Shown piece after piece: positions 35,485-48,976 of a stretch of 64,000 nt of DNA. The position numbers and the translations under genes were made by a program. Each line of letters begins with the position of its first letter. Within the stretch, counting starts at the first letter, position 1. This DNA comes from the human T2T-CHM13v2.0 reference genome, Homo sapiens. The notes beneath the pieces were generated by a model. It made no database searches. It was not told the origin of the DNA and saw only the letters and a program-made list of their open reading frames with translations. The DNA lies in assembly GCF_009914755.1 (NCBI RefSeq), contig NC_060936.1, one strand, 5' to 3'.

Positions 35485-35625
35485 GCAATAGCTAGAAGGT
35501 TCAAGGCATAGTGCTCAAAAGGCCAAGCCAGCCTGGGTTCCATCCCCATAAGAAGCAGTTAGCTTGTGCTGCTTCATGGCCATAGCTGTTCCACTCACTG
35601 GGCAGCCCTCTCATTCCAGTGGTCA
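35485..35625 (+). mobile_element. MamSINE1-like ancient tRNA-derived SINE
   Basis: tRNA-like head (gcatagtgct...aggccaag...gggttccatcccc, B-box-like) followed by cagttagctt...catggccatag. Confidence 0.6.
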
Positions 35626-36546
35626 AAAAGGGAATCCAGCAAGAGAACATGGGTAGGTAGCGCACCAGGAGAGAAAAGACATCTTAGCTCTCACACTTGA
35701 TTCACAACAAACCAGAAGGGTAATTTTCACATGTGAAGGACAGCACGTTAGCTGACAGATCAATAGTATTATCAGGAAGATAAAAATGTAATAAACATTC
35801 CAAATTTCATTCTTATTGAACCACAGGAAGATAAACAAAAAGGTTATGGAAGTATCAGTCCTGAATATATTCTATTTCTAAACTGAATCCCATATATGTC
35901 CTTTCTAAAATTCAAATTTATAAATAGGACATTAGTATAAGCTACTGTGATCAAGTACAATAAGTAGGCATAATTGACACAGTAATTGATGTTTGATGAA
36001 AAAACACAAGGTAACTGCATAATTTCAAATATAAGAGAGAATTGTTTTTCCAAAAACCAACTGGAGATGTTGGTTCTTTCTTTAATATCTTATTTTCAGA
36101 AGACATGAGTACTTCTATTTATTTATAACTCTTCCTCTGTTAGTTCTGCAAGAGGAAAATCTCATGGCACACCTTCAATATTTTATCTCTTGGATTAATT
36201 GTAACAATATAATAATATTTCCTTTTGTCATATTAATAAAAAACAAGAGCTTTGCTACAAAAGTTACTATTTAATGAAAATCCAGTGTAATAAATACAAT
36301 ATGTTTTTATTATCACCCAATTCCCTCAATCTCAAAATCAATATTAATTAAATATATAATAATAAATGGATTCATAATGGAGAATAAAAAAATGCAACCA
36401 GTTATGGCCAACTGTATAGTGTTTAATGGCTGAAATATATTACAAAATTACTGATCATTCAGCATAAATATTCAGCCAGAATCTTAGAGGGACAGAATAG
36501 TTTCTTCCTTGCAATGAGTTCCATTTTCCCTTTTAGATAAATGTAT

Positions 36547-36719
36547 GTAGCTGGGATTACAGGTGCACGCCACCGTGCCCAGTTAAATTTTGTATTTTTA
36601 GTAGAGATGGGGTTTCATTATGTTGGCCAGGCTGGTCTCAAACTCCTGACCTCAGGTGATCCACTAACCTCAGCCTCCCAAAGTGCTGGGATTACAGGCC
36701 TGAGCCACTGCGCCTGGCC
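36547..36719 (-). mobile_element. 3'-truncated AluS (left arm plus start of right arm)
   Basis: Alu sequence starts abruptly at gtagctgggattacagg; no poly(T) tail and no TSD. Confidence 0.92.
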
Positions 36720-38052
36720 TCAGGTAGTCTGTTTTACAGAGGAAATACAGAGTGTCAGACAATCCAGTAAGTTAGCTCATTAATTGAAGTCAGTTACAAG
36801 AAATACTAGCAACATAATCAGCAGATTTCACTTTCCTAGCTGACTTCCCTCAAGTTCAATGTGGTATTTGGTTTTGTTTTAGAATATAACTTCTTTTCTA
36901 AGACTTCTGATTTCCCCCATATACAAATCCATTAAATTTATGATGCAAAGAAAATATACAAGCAATATAAAATTACCTGTGAGATAATAGTTATTTTTTG
37001 TAAATATGTGTCCATGATCTAAAACTGTTTTGTGTGAGACTTGTTCAATAGTAACTTTGGTCCCTTGATATAGAGCAGGGGTCAGCTGCCTATTTTTGTA
37101 AGCCTAGTTCTGGAAATCAATAACACTCTCTAGACGTCTTGTTAATAATCCCTCCTTAGATCACTTAAAATCTCTGCTAGGGAGGATACATGAAAGGTTG
37201 GCCCAGAGTTTGGCTGTGGACTCAATAGGAAGTTGAAATGCAGCCCGTAATAAAGGTGAGACAATGAAAAGAAGGTGGGCTTAGGAGAAATCCAGCTCTG
37301 GGGAGGAATGCGGGTCCAGAAATGGATTTTGTTCTTACTTCCCTTTTGTGTCGTGTTTATGCCAAGCCACAGATCTTTTTAATGCAAAAGCAGTTATTTC
37401 AGGCTGAAGTCTGATCTTTCAGCAGGAGAGTTTCTAGGCAGTTTCTTTCACATTATTCAAACTGCTTCTGCTAATTGATTGCCTTTTGTTTAGAGTCCAA
37501 AATGGAACATTATACTTTTCATCAATTTTCTCAGCAGTCTGCAAATGTACTATTTATTGTGTGTAAAGTTCTACTTAAATAACATTCAATCATCTTTCCG
37601 ACAAATTTCAGTGAGCAATGTTCCTGGAGATGCTTAACAACCTGTAAAGCCTATTCATTGTGTGAAGTGCCTCTAATGATAAATAGCCAATATAGGAACT
37701 CTTTAGGCTTATAATTTCTTTAGATGAATTTTCTTGACAGTGTTGAACAATGAATACCACTGTTTGCAAATGAGTATGTCATACATTCCCACCAGCTATT
37801 CTTAAAGCTGCCCTTTTTTGGGGCAATTGCATAGTGGTGTTTTGGGGAGGGAGGTGAGGAGCATAAAAACTTCATAAAACATATGTATCACTGTTGTTTT
37901 AATATATTTTTATTTCTATTCAAAAGGCACTTCACCTGAAGCAGTGGCTTCATCGAAAGCTGGTATTAGTAATTTTTATTCAAAGCTTCCCCAAATAAGC
38001 AGAGTCTATAAATGAAATTGTCTGTTATTCACAACCTGATCGTTGCCACTCT

Positions 38053-38094
38053 GCTTAAATAAAAACCTTCACAGCTTAAATCAAAACCTTCACA
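38053..38094. repeat. 21-bp tandem duplication
   Basis: gcttaaat(a/c)aaaaccttcaca x2. Confidence 0.9.
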
Positions 38095-40228
38095 CAGATT
38101 ATGTAATTCTATAAAACAGTTGAAGATCATTAAATTGGTCCAATTTCTTTTTTGTTTTATATTTATATGAATTAAGGACAAAAAAATGCATCTATTGAAT
38201 ACTTACTATATCAGGCACTGTCATCACCAGGTATACAAAGATAAATAAGATTGCTGTCCCAAGACAATTTGGCCATTCATAGGTGTCGGGTTCTCTTGGC
38301 AGCCTCTACTAAACCTTTAACCCAGAGGTAAAGGAGAGCTATTGGTGCCCTCTCACACAACCTCACTACTGTTTGTATATTACAATAAAAGCAAGTCTCA
38401 GACCAAATTCTGCCAAGCATGCATTTATTAGCATGGATGTGAAACAATCAAATACATGCACTGTCATACAATCTGTCCCTGCAGGCTCAGTGAAGTCCTA
38501 GCTTCTGTTTTTAGTCACTCAGGACAGCACCTTGCATGAAGGGTGTTCTGGTGGCAGAGGGGCCTATGTTCCAGCAGCAGGTTTCAGCTAACCATCTAAT
38601 CTAGATTGCTCCTGTTAAGTGGGGTGAACACAAGATTGCTGGGTTTGCCAGGTTCTCATAACCCATTCATAGAAGACAGAGGTGTTTGTACTATCTTTCC
38701 GGGCAGTATAATTATCCTGAATGCCATCCATTTCACCTATGAAAAAATACTTCTATTATCCCTTGATCTCAATTTAGATAGTATTTCCAAGTGATTAGGT
38801 TATAATAACTCTCCTAGAATGTAGACTATAGGAGCTTGGAAATGCCACTTCATCACTTTTTGAGATTGTACCTATTTAGGATACTTTATCAACCTGCCAG
38901 TAGGATGTAGAGTTTGTCACTAACTGACACACATACATATCATATCATCTATGAAGAAGTATTTCAAATAAATTACAGGCGGTAGAACATGAGTTTCTCA
39001 GCACCACAATACTTACATGCACAAAAATCTAATTGAGTACAGAGAAGGGAAGGATATACTCAGCCTGGGGTGTTAGGGAAGCTTCACAAAGTAGGTTATA
39101 TTTGAATGGAGTCTTGAAGTTTACCAGGGAGAAAAGGGAGTTGGGCATAAAGGAATCCCAGGCTGAAAGAACAGCTTGTATAAAAGCAGGAAGACAAAAG
39201 ACAATCATGTGTGATCATGCATGTAGTGTAAGAAATCCAGGGCAGCTGAAACATGAAATGAGCAAGGAGGTAAGGGGAAAAGTGAATGACAGAACATGAG
39301 GTTCTACAAACAGCAGATAGCTTGGACTGCCTTTGATTTCTTCCTTTCCTTTTCTTTCCATCATCACCATAGCATGAGATAGTGGAGAGAATGGAGTACT
39401 CTCAGTTAGAATTTGTCACTTCTTGGTCATCCAGACTTGGGAAAGTGATCTGCTGGTACTCATTCACTAAAATGTTGATTCACAGACCTAGCTAATCACT
39501 GAATCAAAATACAGTTTCCCAAGCCCCATCCCACACCTCCCAAATCAGGCTCTCTGGAGGTGGCTCCTGTAATCTGTTCTTTTTAAATTCCTAATTTGCG
39601 AATCGCTGTCTTAAGTGCAGGAATTCGCCTTTGTTAAAAATCCTGTAAGTGGTTGTTATTTCTTTTGGCCTATTTCTTCCAAGAAGAAAAAGGAGAGAGA
39701 AGCAACCTGAAGAGTCTGAAATAGTTAAAACATAAAATCTTTAAAATCCTTTGGCCAAGTTGTGGCATTTGTAGGGGGAGGGAAAGATTATCCAAAGGTA
39801 AAAGACTTTTCTCCCTTTGAAGCTATATTGGTGTGATGTGAATCAAACCATTCATGCAGAGAACAAAAGCACTTTTGACTTCAGCAGCCAGTTAAGATGG
39901 TAACTTAAATAAACAGGGAGGAAAAGAGATATGACAAAAGGTCAACTTAGTCATAGCTTCTTGAGCTTCAACTGAAGCAGTGCCCAAGGCTGAACAGCTG
40001 AATTGAGTTGGCAATTATTCACCCTTCCAGAGGTTCCCAACCTGAAGTCACCAGACCTGTGAAGCCAAGTCAGAGGGAGGTCAGGAAACTATTTTCAATA
40101 TTTCAAAATTTCTACTGGATTGCTTCTCAAAGTGTTGTTCAAGGAACAGTGAGGTCTAAACCACCTGAATGATAAGGACAACACTTGTTAAAAAATGAAG
40201 ATTCCCACCCCAACAGATCATATTTTAG

Positions 40229-40578
<350 letters not shown>

Positions 40579-40719
40579 CAGATCTGTATTTCTTTTTAAA
40601 CACTAGAAGATTATGAAAGAACTAGTTTGTGATAAGGCTAAGAAAAATATATCTAACTAGCACCCCAATTTCCTCTTCTTTGGCTGAAACTACCAAATCA
40701 TTATGGAGATTCTTTCCTA

Positions 40720-41241
40720 TGAAGGAGTAAAAGACATACTATACCCAAATATGCCATATTGATTATTTCAAGCTGAAAACACTGGAAAATTGTAGTTTCA
40801 AGAAAAGGCTGACCTGTCTTTTCCTGTCAGGTGCAAGCCATAAAGATTTCTTTGAGACAGGTGCCTTCCCACTACCAGGACAAAAGAATAGTTCTTAACA
40901 TTGGAGCCAGACTTGGCACTGCAACAGGACTGAATTAATTAACTCTGCCACTAGCTTTACACTCCATGTATATACCTCCTAGTGACTCCTCTAGAATTTA
41001 CTACCCCAGGCAGATTTCTTTGTCCTGTCATTTCTTCACAAATTTATTTTTGTCTAAAAATTATAAAAGCTTTGGCCATTTCTTGGGACTTCACACTCTG
41101 GTGGAGATGCCCCCACACTCAGGTAAAACATGCATGCTTTTCTCTTGCTAATTTGCCTCGTGTCAGTTTGGCTCCCAGACCCAGCCAAAGAGCCCATAGA
41201 AGAGTAAAGGTGCAGTGAAGGGTATCCCTACCTCCCCTACA
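40720..41241 (+). mobile_element. MER34/MER39-type ERV1 solo LTR
   Basis: tgaaggag...cccaaatatgccatattgattatttcaagctgaa...tataaaagc...ctcccctaca; 4-bp TSD ccta/ctta. Confidence 0.7.
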
Positions 41242-41422
41242 CTTAGCTCATGCTAATCAGTATTCCTAACAATCCCATATAGGTCTTCGATTAATAAAAG
41301 TGGAGAAATAAGTTATTGAGTGATAAATACCATCTACTTAGTAGAGTAAAAGCTATCAAAACATGGGTCAACGGAGAAACTTTTAAAGGAATTCTTGATA
41401 GTGAAAATTTGAAATGACTTAC

Positions 41423-41473
41423 CTTTGACTGTTCTCCTCCTCCCTTCTCTGCTGAATACATTTTGTCTAGAAT
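41423..41473 (-). other. Candidate 51-nt exon
   Basis: Minus strand: tatttttctactctgaag acceptor, purine-rich body and AAG|gtaagt donor. Confidence 0.3.
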
Positions 41474-42770
41474 CTTCAGAGTAGAAAAATACACATGAAA
41501 ACAATTTTCCCCCCGTTCCTCTCTCAACATTCCTTCCCTTATCCCTCCTCTCCACATGTCCCCCTTTTTTCAAATGGGATGGCTATTCCACTATTCCAGT
41601 TGGCATTGGGTCTGGTGCCCTGTGAGGGAGCCTACATTTCTGAAATACTTCTCTGGGAAATAAAACACCAGTAACCTACCACTACTTGATATAACAGGTA
41701 TTTCCAGAGCCAGCTTTGTTAAGGATTTGCTGCATGGTTCATGGGTGTTTTCTCCTAATGTCAATTATCAGTAAAAATCACTTTCAGGAGTTCTGACTTA
41801 AACAGTTACCAGAGAGAAAGAGAGAACACTAAAATGTAATCTAATATCATTTTAATAACCATAGAGTCATATGATTCTAAGAATATAAAGATAATATAAA
41901 ACACAGGATTTCATCAAGTTCAACAGTCTTTAAAAATCAATGGAAGAGATATGTTTAGAGCCAAGGAAGTACAAAACTAATCAAACAATGTAAGGATTGT
42001 AGATTCCCCTGAGTAGAAAATCAAAGATCTTGACTATGAAACCACCACCTCCCCTGCAGTTATGAATTCATTGGCATAACAATTATAACAGGGTTCTATC
42101 AAGGTTGCCCAAAAGAATTCTTCTGATTATGCAACCTTAAGTTAATAGCAAAATTACATGGAAAGGCATTTCCAATTGGCTTGAGCCAAATTGCTTAAAA
42201 ACAACCATTAGGTTCTTTTTTGGTAGATAACAATAGCAGTCAGCTGCTCACCTACACCTCACCGCTGTGTTAATATGAAAACTCAAACCAAATTCTGCCA
42301 TACGCACCGATTACGTTTAGAGATAAGAGTAAAAAGCTAGCATGAATTGTGTGCTCTTTACTGAAGGTGGAGATTGTCTCAAATGTTTTAGCCAAATCAT
42401 ATCTCTTTAATAGCACTAATTCCATGCATGAGAGCATACTTCTATGATCTATTATGCTAACATAATACTTGAAAATACTTCTATTATTCATTATGCTAAT
42501 TAGACAAATGCGTAGTGTTGATCGAACGTAAAGATAGCTAAAGCCTTGCAGAAGCCTCCTGTGGAATGCAAACTTTCTGAGCAAATGTGAGTTGACAACC
42601 ATGGGAATGTGAATTTCTGATCAGGGCTACTGACTACCCCTAGATTTTAGCCTAAATTACACACACAACCATGTACATTTATAGCTCAAAAGAGACTGTG
42701 GGGAATGAGGTGATCATTTTTTAATACTGATAAGTATATGTTAACTTTGGGAGTATTTAAAATTAAGTAC

Positions 42771-43090
42771 AGCTGGGTGCGGTGGCTCACACCTGTAATC
42801 CCAGCACTTTGGGAGGCCGAGGCGGGCGGATCATGAGGTCAGGAGTTTGAGACCAGCCTGGCCAATATGGTGAAACCCAATCTCTACTAAAAAAAAAAAA
42901 AAAAAAACACAAAAATTAGCTGGGCATGGTGGCTCACGCCTGTAGTCCTAGCTACTTGGTAGGCTAAGGCAGGAGAATCGCTTGAACCAGGGAGGCGGAG
43001 GTTGCATTGAGGCGAGATCGTGCCATTGCATTGCATTCCAGCCTGAGCGACAGAGTGAGATGTCATCTCAAAAAATAAATAAAATAAAAT
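42771..43090 (+). mobile_element. AluSg-like with expanded A linker
   Basis: TSD aaaat(t/a)aagta. Confidence 0.95.
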
Positions 43091-43442
43091 AAAATAAAGT
43101 ATAAAATTGTACATCAAAACAAAAATACATTATTGTGTGGAGAAAGCTGTGCATATTTGAAATTTTTTCTTCTTGTAATGTTTAATAAAATTTATCCTAG
43201 TAGAATAATAGCTCAGCTTGTTTATCTCAATTTGAAATATGTGCTTGAGAAATTGATTCAGATTTATGAATTGAGTCAAAATCTTCCTAAATTTATATAC
43301 AGTAATAGAACTCTTAAGCAGACCCAAGTTTCTCAATATTTATAAATGTACTTCTTAGATTCATAACAAGTGTTAAAGTATACAGAAAACTCTGATAGCC
43401 AGTTAAAGTTTTTTAGAAGGTTTCAAATCAATAAAATGTAGA

Positions 43443-43750
43443 GGCTGGGCGTGGTGGCTTACATCTGTAAACTCGGCGCTTTGGAAGGTTGAAGGGGAGA
43501 ATCACTTGTGCACAGGAGTTGGAGACCAGCCTGGGCAACATGGCAAAATCCTATCTTCACAAAAAAATTTTAAAAAATGAGCCAGGCATGGTGGCACATG
43601 CCTGTTGTGCCAGCTACTCAGAAGGCTGAGGCAAGAGGATCACTTTAAACCCAGGAGGTCAAGGTGGCAGTGAACCATGATCATGCCACTGCATTCCAAC
43701 CTGGGCAACAGAGCAAGACCCTGTCTCAAAAAATAAAATAAAATAAAGAA
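43443..43750 (+). mobile_element. AluJ
   Basis: cctgggcaacatggcaaa, aggatcactt, ccatgatcatgcc, gaccctgtctc. Confidence 0.93.
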
Positions 43751-43934
43751 ACATAATTTAAAATGTTTAAAGGCATTTAAATAACCAGATTTTAAATGGG
43801 ACTAAGTATCATTCAAAAAACCCATCAAAGTAGTTGTTAAAATGCACCAGACATGTAAAACACAATAAAATTTTTGGACTGAGTTAAAAGCCGGTAGAAC
43901 TAGATGTTTTTAATTATAATTCTGTTAAATTGAA

Positions 43935-44228
43935 TTTTTTTTTTTTTAAGATGGAGTTTCGCTCTTGTTGCCCAGGCTGGGGTGCAATGGTGCAATCTTG
44001 GCTCACTGCAACCTCCACTCCCAGGTTCAAGTGATTCTCCTGTCTCAGCATCCCAGGTAGCTGTGATTACAGGCATGTGCCACCATACCAGCTAATTTTT
44101 GTATTTTTAGTAGAGATGGTGTTTTACCGTGTTGGCCAGGCTAGTCTCAAACTCCTGACCTCAGGTGATCCATTTGCCTCAGCCTCCCAAAGTGCTGAGA
44201 TGACAGGCATGAGTCATCACGCCTGGCC
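43935..44228 (-). mobile_element. AluSq/Sx
   Basis: Full reverse Alu; short TSD tgaat(t/a)tt. Confidence 0.95.
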
Positions 44229-44741
44229 TGAATATTAATTTCTATGACCAAAGAAAACCTCTGAGTAGCTTTTCCTATACACATAACTCACCTTCAGGGC
44301 ACTAACTAAAAATTTCATTATTAACATCATTAAACAAAATCTCTTTGTCAATAGGGATGACTGAGGCTTGCAGCATTTCTCATTTAGTGTAACACCTCCT
44401 TTGGGGTCAACAACAACAAAAAGAGTCAACGAACTCCATTCCCAGGCCCCCACTGTGAGTCAGGATGTCAGAATCAGCGTTTTGGGACTAGGACTGGGTT
44501 GTAGAAGTCATTTAATCTAATCTGTGGATGAAGAGACAAACTGAGAGCCTAGAAGGTTAACTTGTCCAGCATCCCCTGCAAACAAATCAGTAGTGGAGCC
44601 AGAGTTAAATACAGGTCTCAGGACTCCCAGCTCAGTGTTCTTTTCAATATTAATGAATATTTCTTAAGTTATACTAACCAGGCACTTTTTCTAGACTCTG
44701 GGGTTATAACAGTAATAAAGACAAAATCTTTAACTTCTTAG

Positions 44742-45099
<358 letters not shown>

Positions 45100-45399
45100 T
45101 GATAAACACACATATAAAGGAGAAAGTGTGAGTTGGTGATAAATGCTTTAAAGAAAACAAGGTGTCACGACAGGGAGTGTGTGTCTCACAGGTGGGTGGG
45201 GGTTGGGATGTAAGACTTTTATTTAGGCTGACCAGGAGGAAAGTTATCGCTGCAGGACTGACCTTTGAACTGGAACTGAACGATGAGAGAAGGCTACCAG
45301 CGCTGGGTGTAAAGGAGAGGAAGAAAAAATCTTCCTTTTCTATCCTTCTAGGTTCTTGGCTAAGGCCCCTGTTACAATAGACAGATTAACAAGAGAGAC

Positions 45400-45711
<312 letters not shown>

Positions 45712-45804
45712 TTATTAACATGCAAATCATGCATGTGACACATGTGAGTACCCAGAGACAGACGAGTCCATAACCTTTCAGGACTCGACTTTTATAGCAT
45801 TTTT

Positions 45805-45885
45805 AACAAAGAATAATAATAAATGTGTAGAGAAATGACGGAACAAAGAATAATAATAAATGTGTAGAGAAATGACAGAACAAAG
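45805..45885. repeat. 37-bp tandem repeat (2.2 copies)
   Basis: aacaaagaataataataaatgtgtagagaaatgac(g/a)g x2. Confidence 0.95.
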
Positions 45886-46829
45886 GAAAGCAGTTTTAGG
45901 TTTCCAAGGGCAGGGAACTATGGGAAGGTAAACATATGGGGTAAACTAGTGGAGTAAGAGTTGTTGGCAGATTCCTCTGGTGCTGTCTCTGGGTTGGTAA
46001 GAGTCTGGAGTCAGACCTAGGAAAGGAGAATTTAGATCCTGCCTTTAGGCAGAAAGGGGGAGGGTTGAGAGAAATGTTCTTGTGTTTGCTACTTCTTAAT
46101 TGCCTTCAGCTCAAACTAATTCCTATGTCAAAAAGGCATATTTTGGGGGGACATATTCTGATCTCCTTCACCAGCAAAGAGCCCTGGGAAGAACATCAGG
46201 TGGTACAAACTACGGCAAGTACAAAGAGGCTAGGACAGAGAAGGGCTTGAGAAGTGGGGAGGAGGAACATTAAACTTCAACATTAAAACTTGAAGGTAAT
46301 GCAAAGTTGCTTGGATTTTATTCTAAATGCAGTCTGGGCCACTGGAGGATGGTGAGCAAGGAGTGACATAACCAGATTTACCTTTTTAACGGAGCACTCT
46401 AGATGCTACGAGGAGAACGTTCTCTAAGGACGTGAGAGTAGAAACAGGAAAACCAGCTGGGAAGCTGCTACAATCCCCCAGACAAGAATGATGGTGACTT
46501 AACCAGTGTGTTAGTATAGGCGATGGGCAGAAGTCATCAGATTCTGGATATATTTTGAAGGTAGAACCTATAGGATATGCATCAGCCCATTGTTCTTTTT
46601 TGTGACTCACAGATATTTCTTGCCTCCTTCAGATGGTAAATGTATTATGGTTAGTGACAAGGCAATGGTGATATGGTGCAAAATTTGGAATCCCCCTATT
46701 TTAAAATGTCAGAAAAAGACAGAAATGCAGATCCCCAGCCCTAGACATGGCCCACCTCAATTTCCCTTGTAGCGACTCCTTGGGTGGTGGTAGTGCTTGA
46801 GAACTGTATTTTATGTGCTAATGGCTCAG

Positions 46830-47070
46830 GAGACAAATAGATAAAGTAGAAAGGGCTTTAGAGACAGACCTAGATCCAGATTTGGGCACCACAACTTACC
46901 AGCTGTGTGATCTTGAGCAAACAACTTGACTTCTTTGAACCTTTGTTTTATTATCTACAAACTAGAAAGAATCATTTTAAATATATTAAAATATCATTTA
47001 AAATGATTTTAAAATATCTTGCACAGTGTCTGATTATGCATATATTAGGCATTCAAGAAGGGTAGCTTGT
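46830..47070 (+). mobile_element. MIR
   Basis: cttaccagctgtgtgatcttgagcaa...cttctttgaacctttgttt. Confidence 0.7.
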
Positions 47071-47811
47071 TCCCTTTCCTGATGAGACTGTACCAGAACT
47101 AGGTAAACTGCAGCCCTTTGAGCTTAAAAGTGAGTATATCACATAAAGGTGCATTTCCTGGAAGCTCAGAGGATCTCAATAATACTGTAAATATCTTCTG
47201 CTATGTTCACAAATATTTAGAGTGAATGGGCACTTATCACAGGCTCCTAAAACTGTGACTTTAAATTTGGTCTCTAGAGGCCTTGTGAAATTGCCTTCCT
47301 GAGTTTCACAGCCTCTAATGTTAAACATCGTCTTAATTAAAACTTTCATTCTGAGAGAAAGAATCTAAAATAGGGAAAAGCCAGAGTGGGTCCCCTGGCT
47401 GCTGAAACTATCCAGAGCATAAAATAAAAACCTCAAGGTCAAGGACTATTTAACCAAGCTTAGCAGAGATATTTTCAGACTCTTATGCAAATTAAAACCA
47501 CAAGATTAAACATAATTCTGGGCATAGTATTCAGACAGGTCAATTCAGCCAATTCAGGCCTCTTTTCCCTGCTGAATACCTATAATTTGTCATATGTACT
47601 TAAATGTCCCTTTTAGGCAGCTTGAACTCTACAATTAATGGGAGAATCAATCATATGATAATTTGTTGGCTCTGTCTACAAATATCGCCACCTTTGGTTT
47701 TCAAGGTTTTTCAAGGTCAGAGTCCCATTTTTTAGTTTTATCTTTATTATCTTAAAGGTCAATTACCTCCACTTCTTACAAATACCAATAGCCCTGCCAA
47801 GTGAGTGATTT

Positions 47812-48103
47812 CTTTTTTTTCTTTTTCAGAGACAGGGCCTCCCTCTATTGCCCAATTGGCTGTCAAAGCTCACTGCAGCCTCAAACTCCTGGGCTCAAGA
47901 GATCCTCCCATCTCAGCCTCCCAAGTAGCTGGGATTACAGATGCATGCTACTGTGCCCAGCTAAGTATTATTACTATTCTTTCTGTGTAGGGGGGGTCTC
48001 ACTTTATTGCCCAGGCTGGTCTCAAACTCCTGGCTTCAAGCAGTCCTCCTGCCTCGGCCTCCAAAAGTGCTCAGATTACAGGCATGAGCCACTGCACCCA
48101 GCA
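47812..48103 (-). mobile_element. AluJ (Jo-like)
   Basis: ctgcagcctcaaactcctgggctcaagagatcctccc. Confidence 0.92.
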
Positions 48104-48524
48104 GAGTAATTTTCAATTGTATTTCCATTTGTCTTTCCTTTAGTCTCATATCCACAGCTCCATATCCACATAAGGAATTGACACCCCTTTGATCTTCTAT
48201 GAATCTTCCAAAATGATTACTAACTAATCTCAAATACCACCCAAGCATATATGGTGTATTAGGACTGTGCGCTGACATTTCTTCTTCCCTTTCAACAGCA
48301 TGGCACAATACTGGCACAAAGAAACCATCAGAGAGTAATGACAGTGTCACACAGTACATCACATGGATTCCACTATCTTATGGATTGCATGAAATTAGTT
48401 CATCTATATGGATTAATTCCTTTCAAGGTGGTTTTTAGTCAAGTTCCCCTCAAAAACATACTGTGCAGAGATTCTATTGTTCTGATCATTCTTAATATAC
48501 CCTCTGCTGTTTTGCCAAAAGTAA

Positions 48525-48745
48525 CAAATATTCACATGATGTTGACCATATGCTGGGCACTGTTTAAAGACCTTACATCTAGAAACTCATTTAATCCTCA
48601 TAAAAATTCTATAAGGAAAGTACTGTTATTATCTCATTTTACAGATAGGGAATTGAAGAATAGAGATTAAGTAATTTTCAGAATGTCACCAGTTATGAAG
48701 TGAAACCCAGTTGGTCTGGGTCTATCAACAAAACTCTTAGCCCCT
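48525..48745 (-). mobile_element. MIR
   Basis: catttaatcctcataa...cattttacagatagggaattgaag. Confidence 0.75.
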
Positions 48746-48749
48746 GCAC

Positions 48750-48976
48750 TAGGGTTTTTCAACCTTGGCACTACTGACACTTTGGACCAGATAATTCTTT
48801 GTTGTGGAGGGCTGTCTTGTGTGTTGCAGGCTGACTAGCAACATCCCTGGCCTCCACCCACTAGACGCCAGTAGCAACAATACCATACCACCTGCATTGT
48901 GACAACCAAAAATGTCTCCAGACACTGCTCAATATCCCCTGGGAGGCATGTTACAACTACCCATTGAGATTCACTG
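48750..48976. mobile_element. MER20 hAT MITE
   Basis: ttcaaccttggcactactgacactttggaccagataattctttgttgtgg...gtgacaaccaaaaatgtctccagaca; 8-bp TSD ccctgcac/ccctatac. Confidence 0.9.

Noticed and set aside
42270-42602. 110-aa ATG-initiated minus-strand ORF in unique DNA
   Set aside because: No recognisable domain or splice context; roughly one ORF this long is expected by chance in six frames of 64 kb.
45805-45885. 37-bp direct repeats as a CRISPR-like array
   Set aside because: Adjacent tandem copies without spacers in a primate LTR; ordinary slippage duplication.
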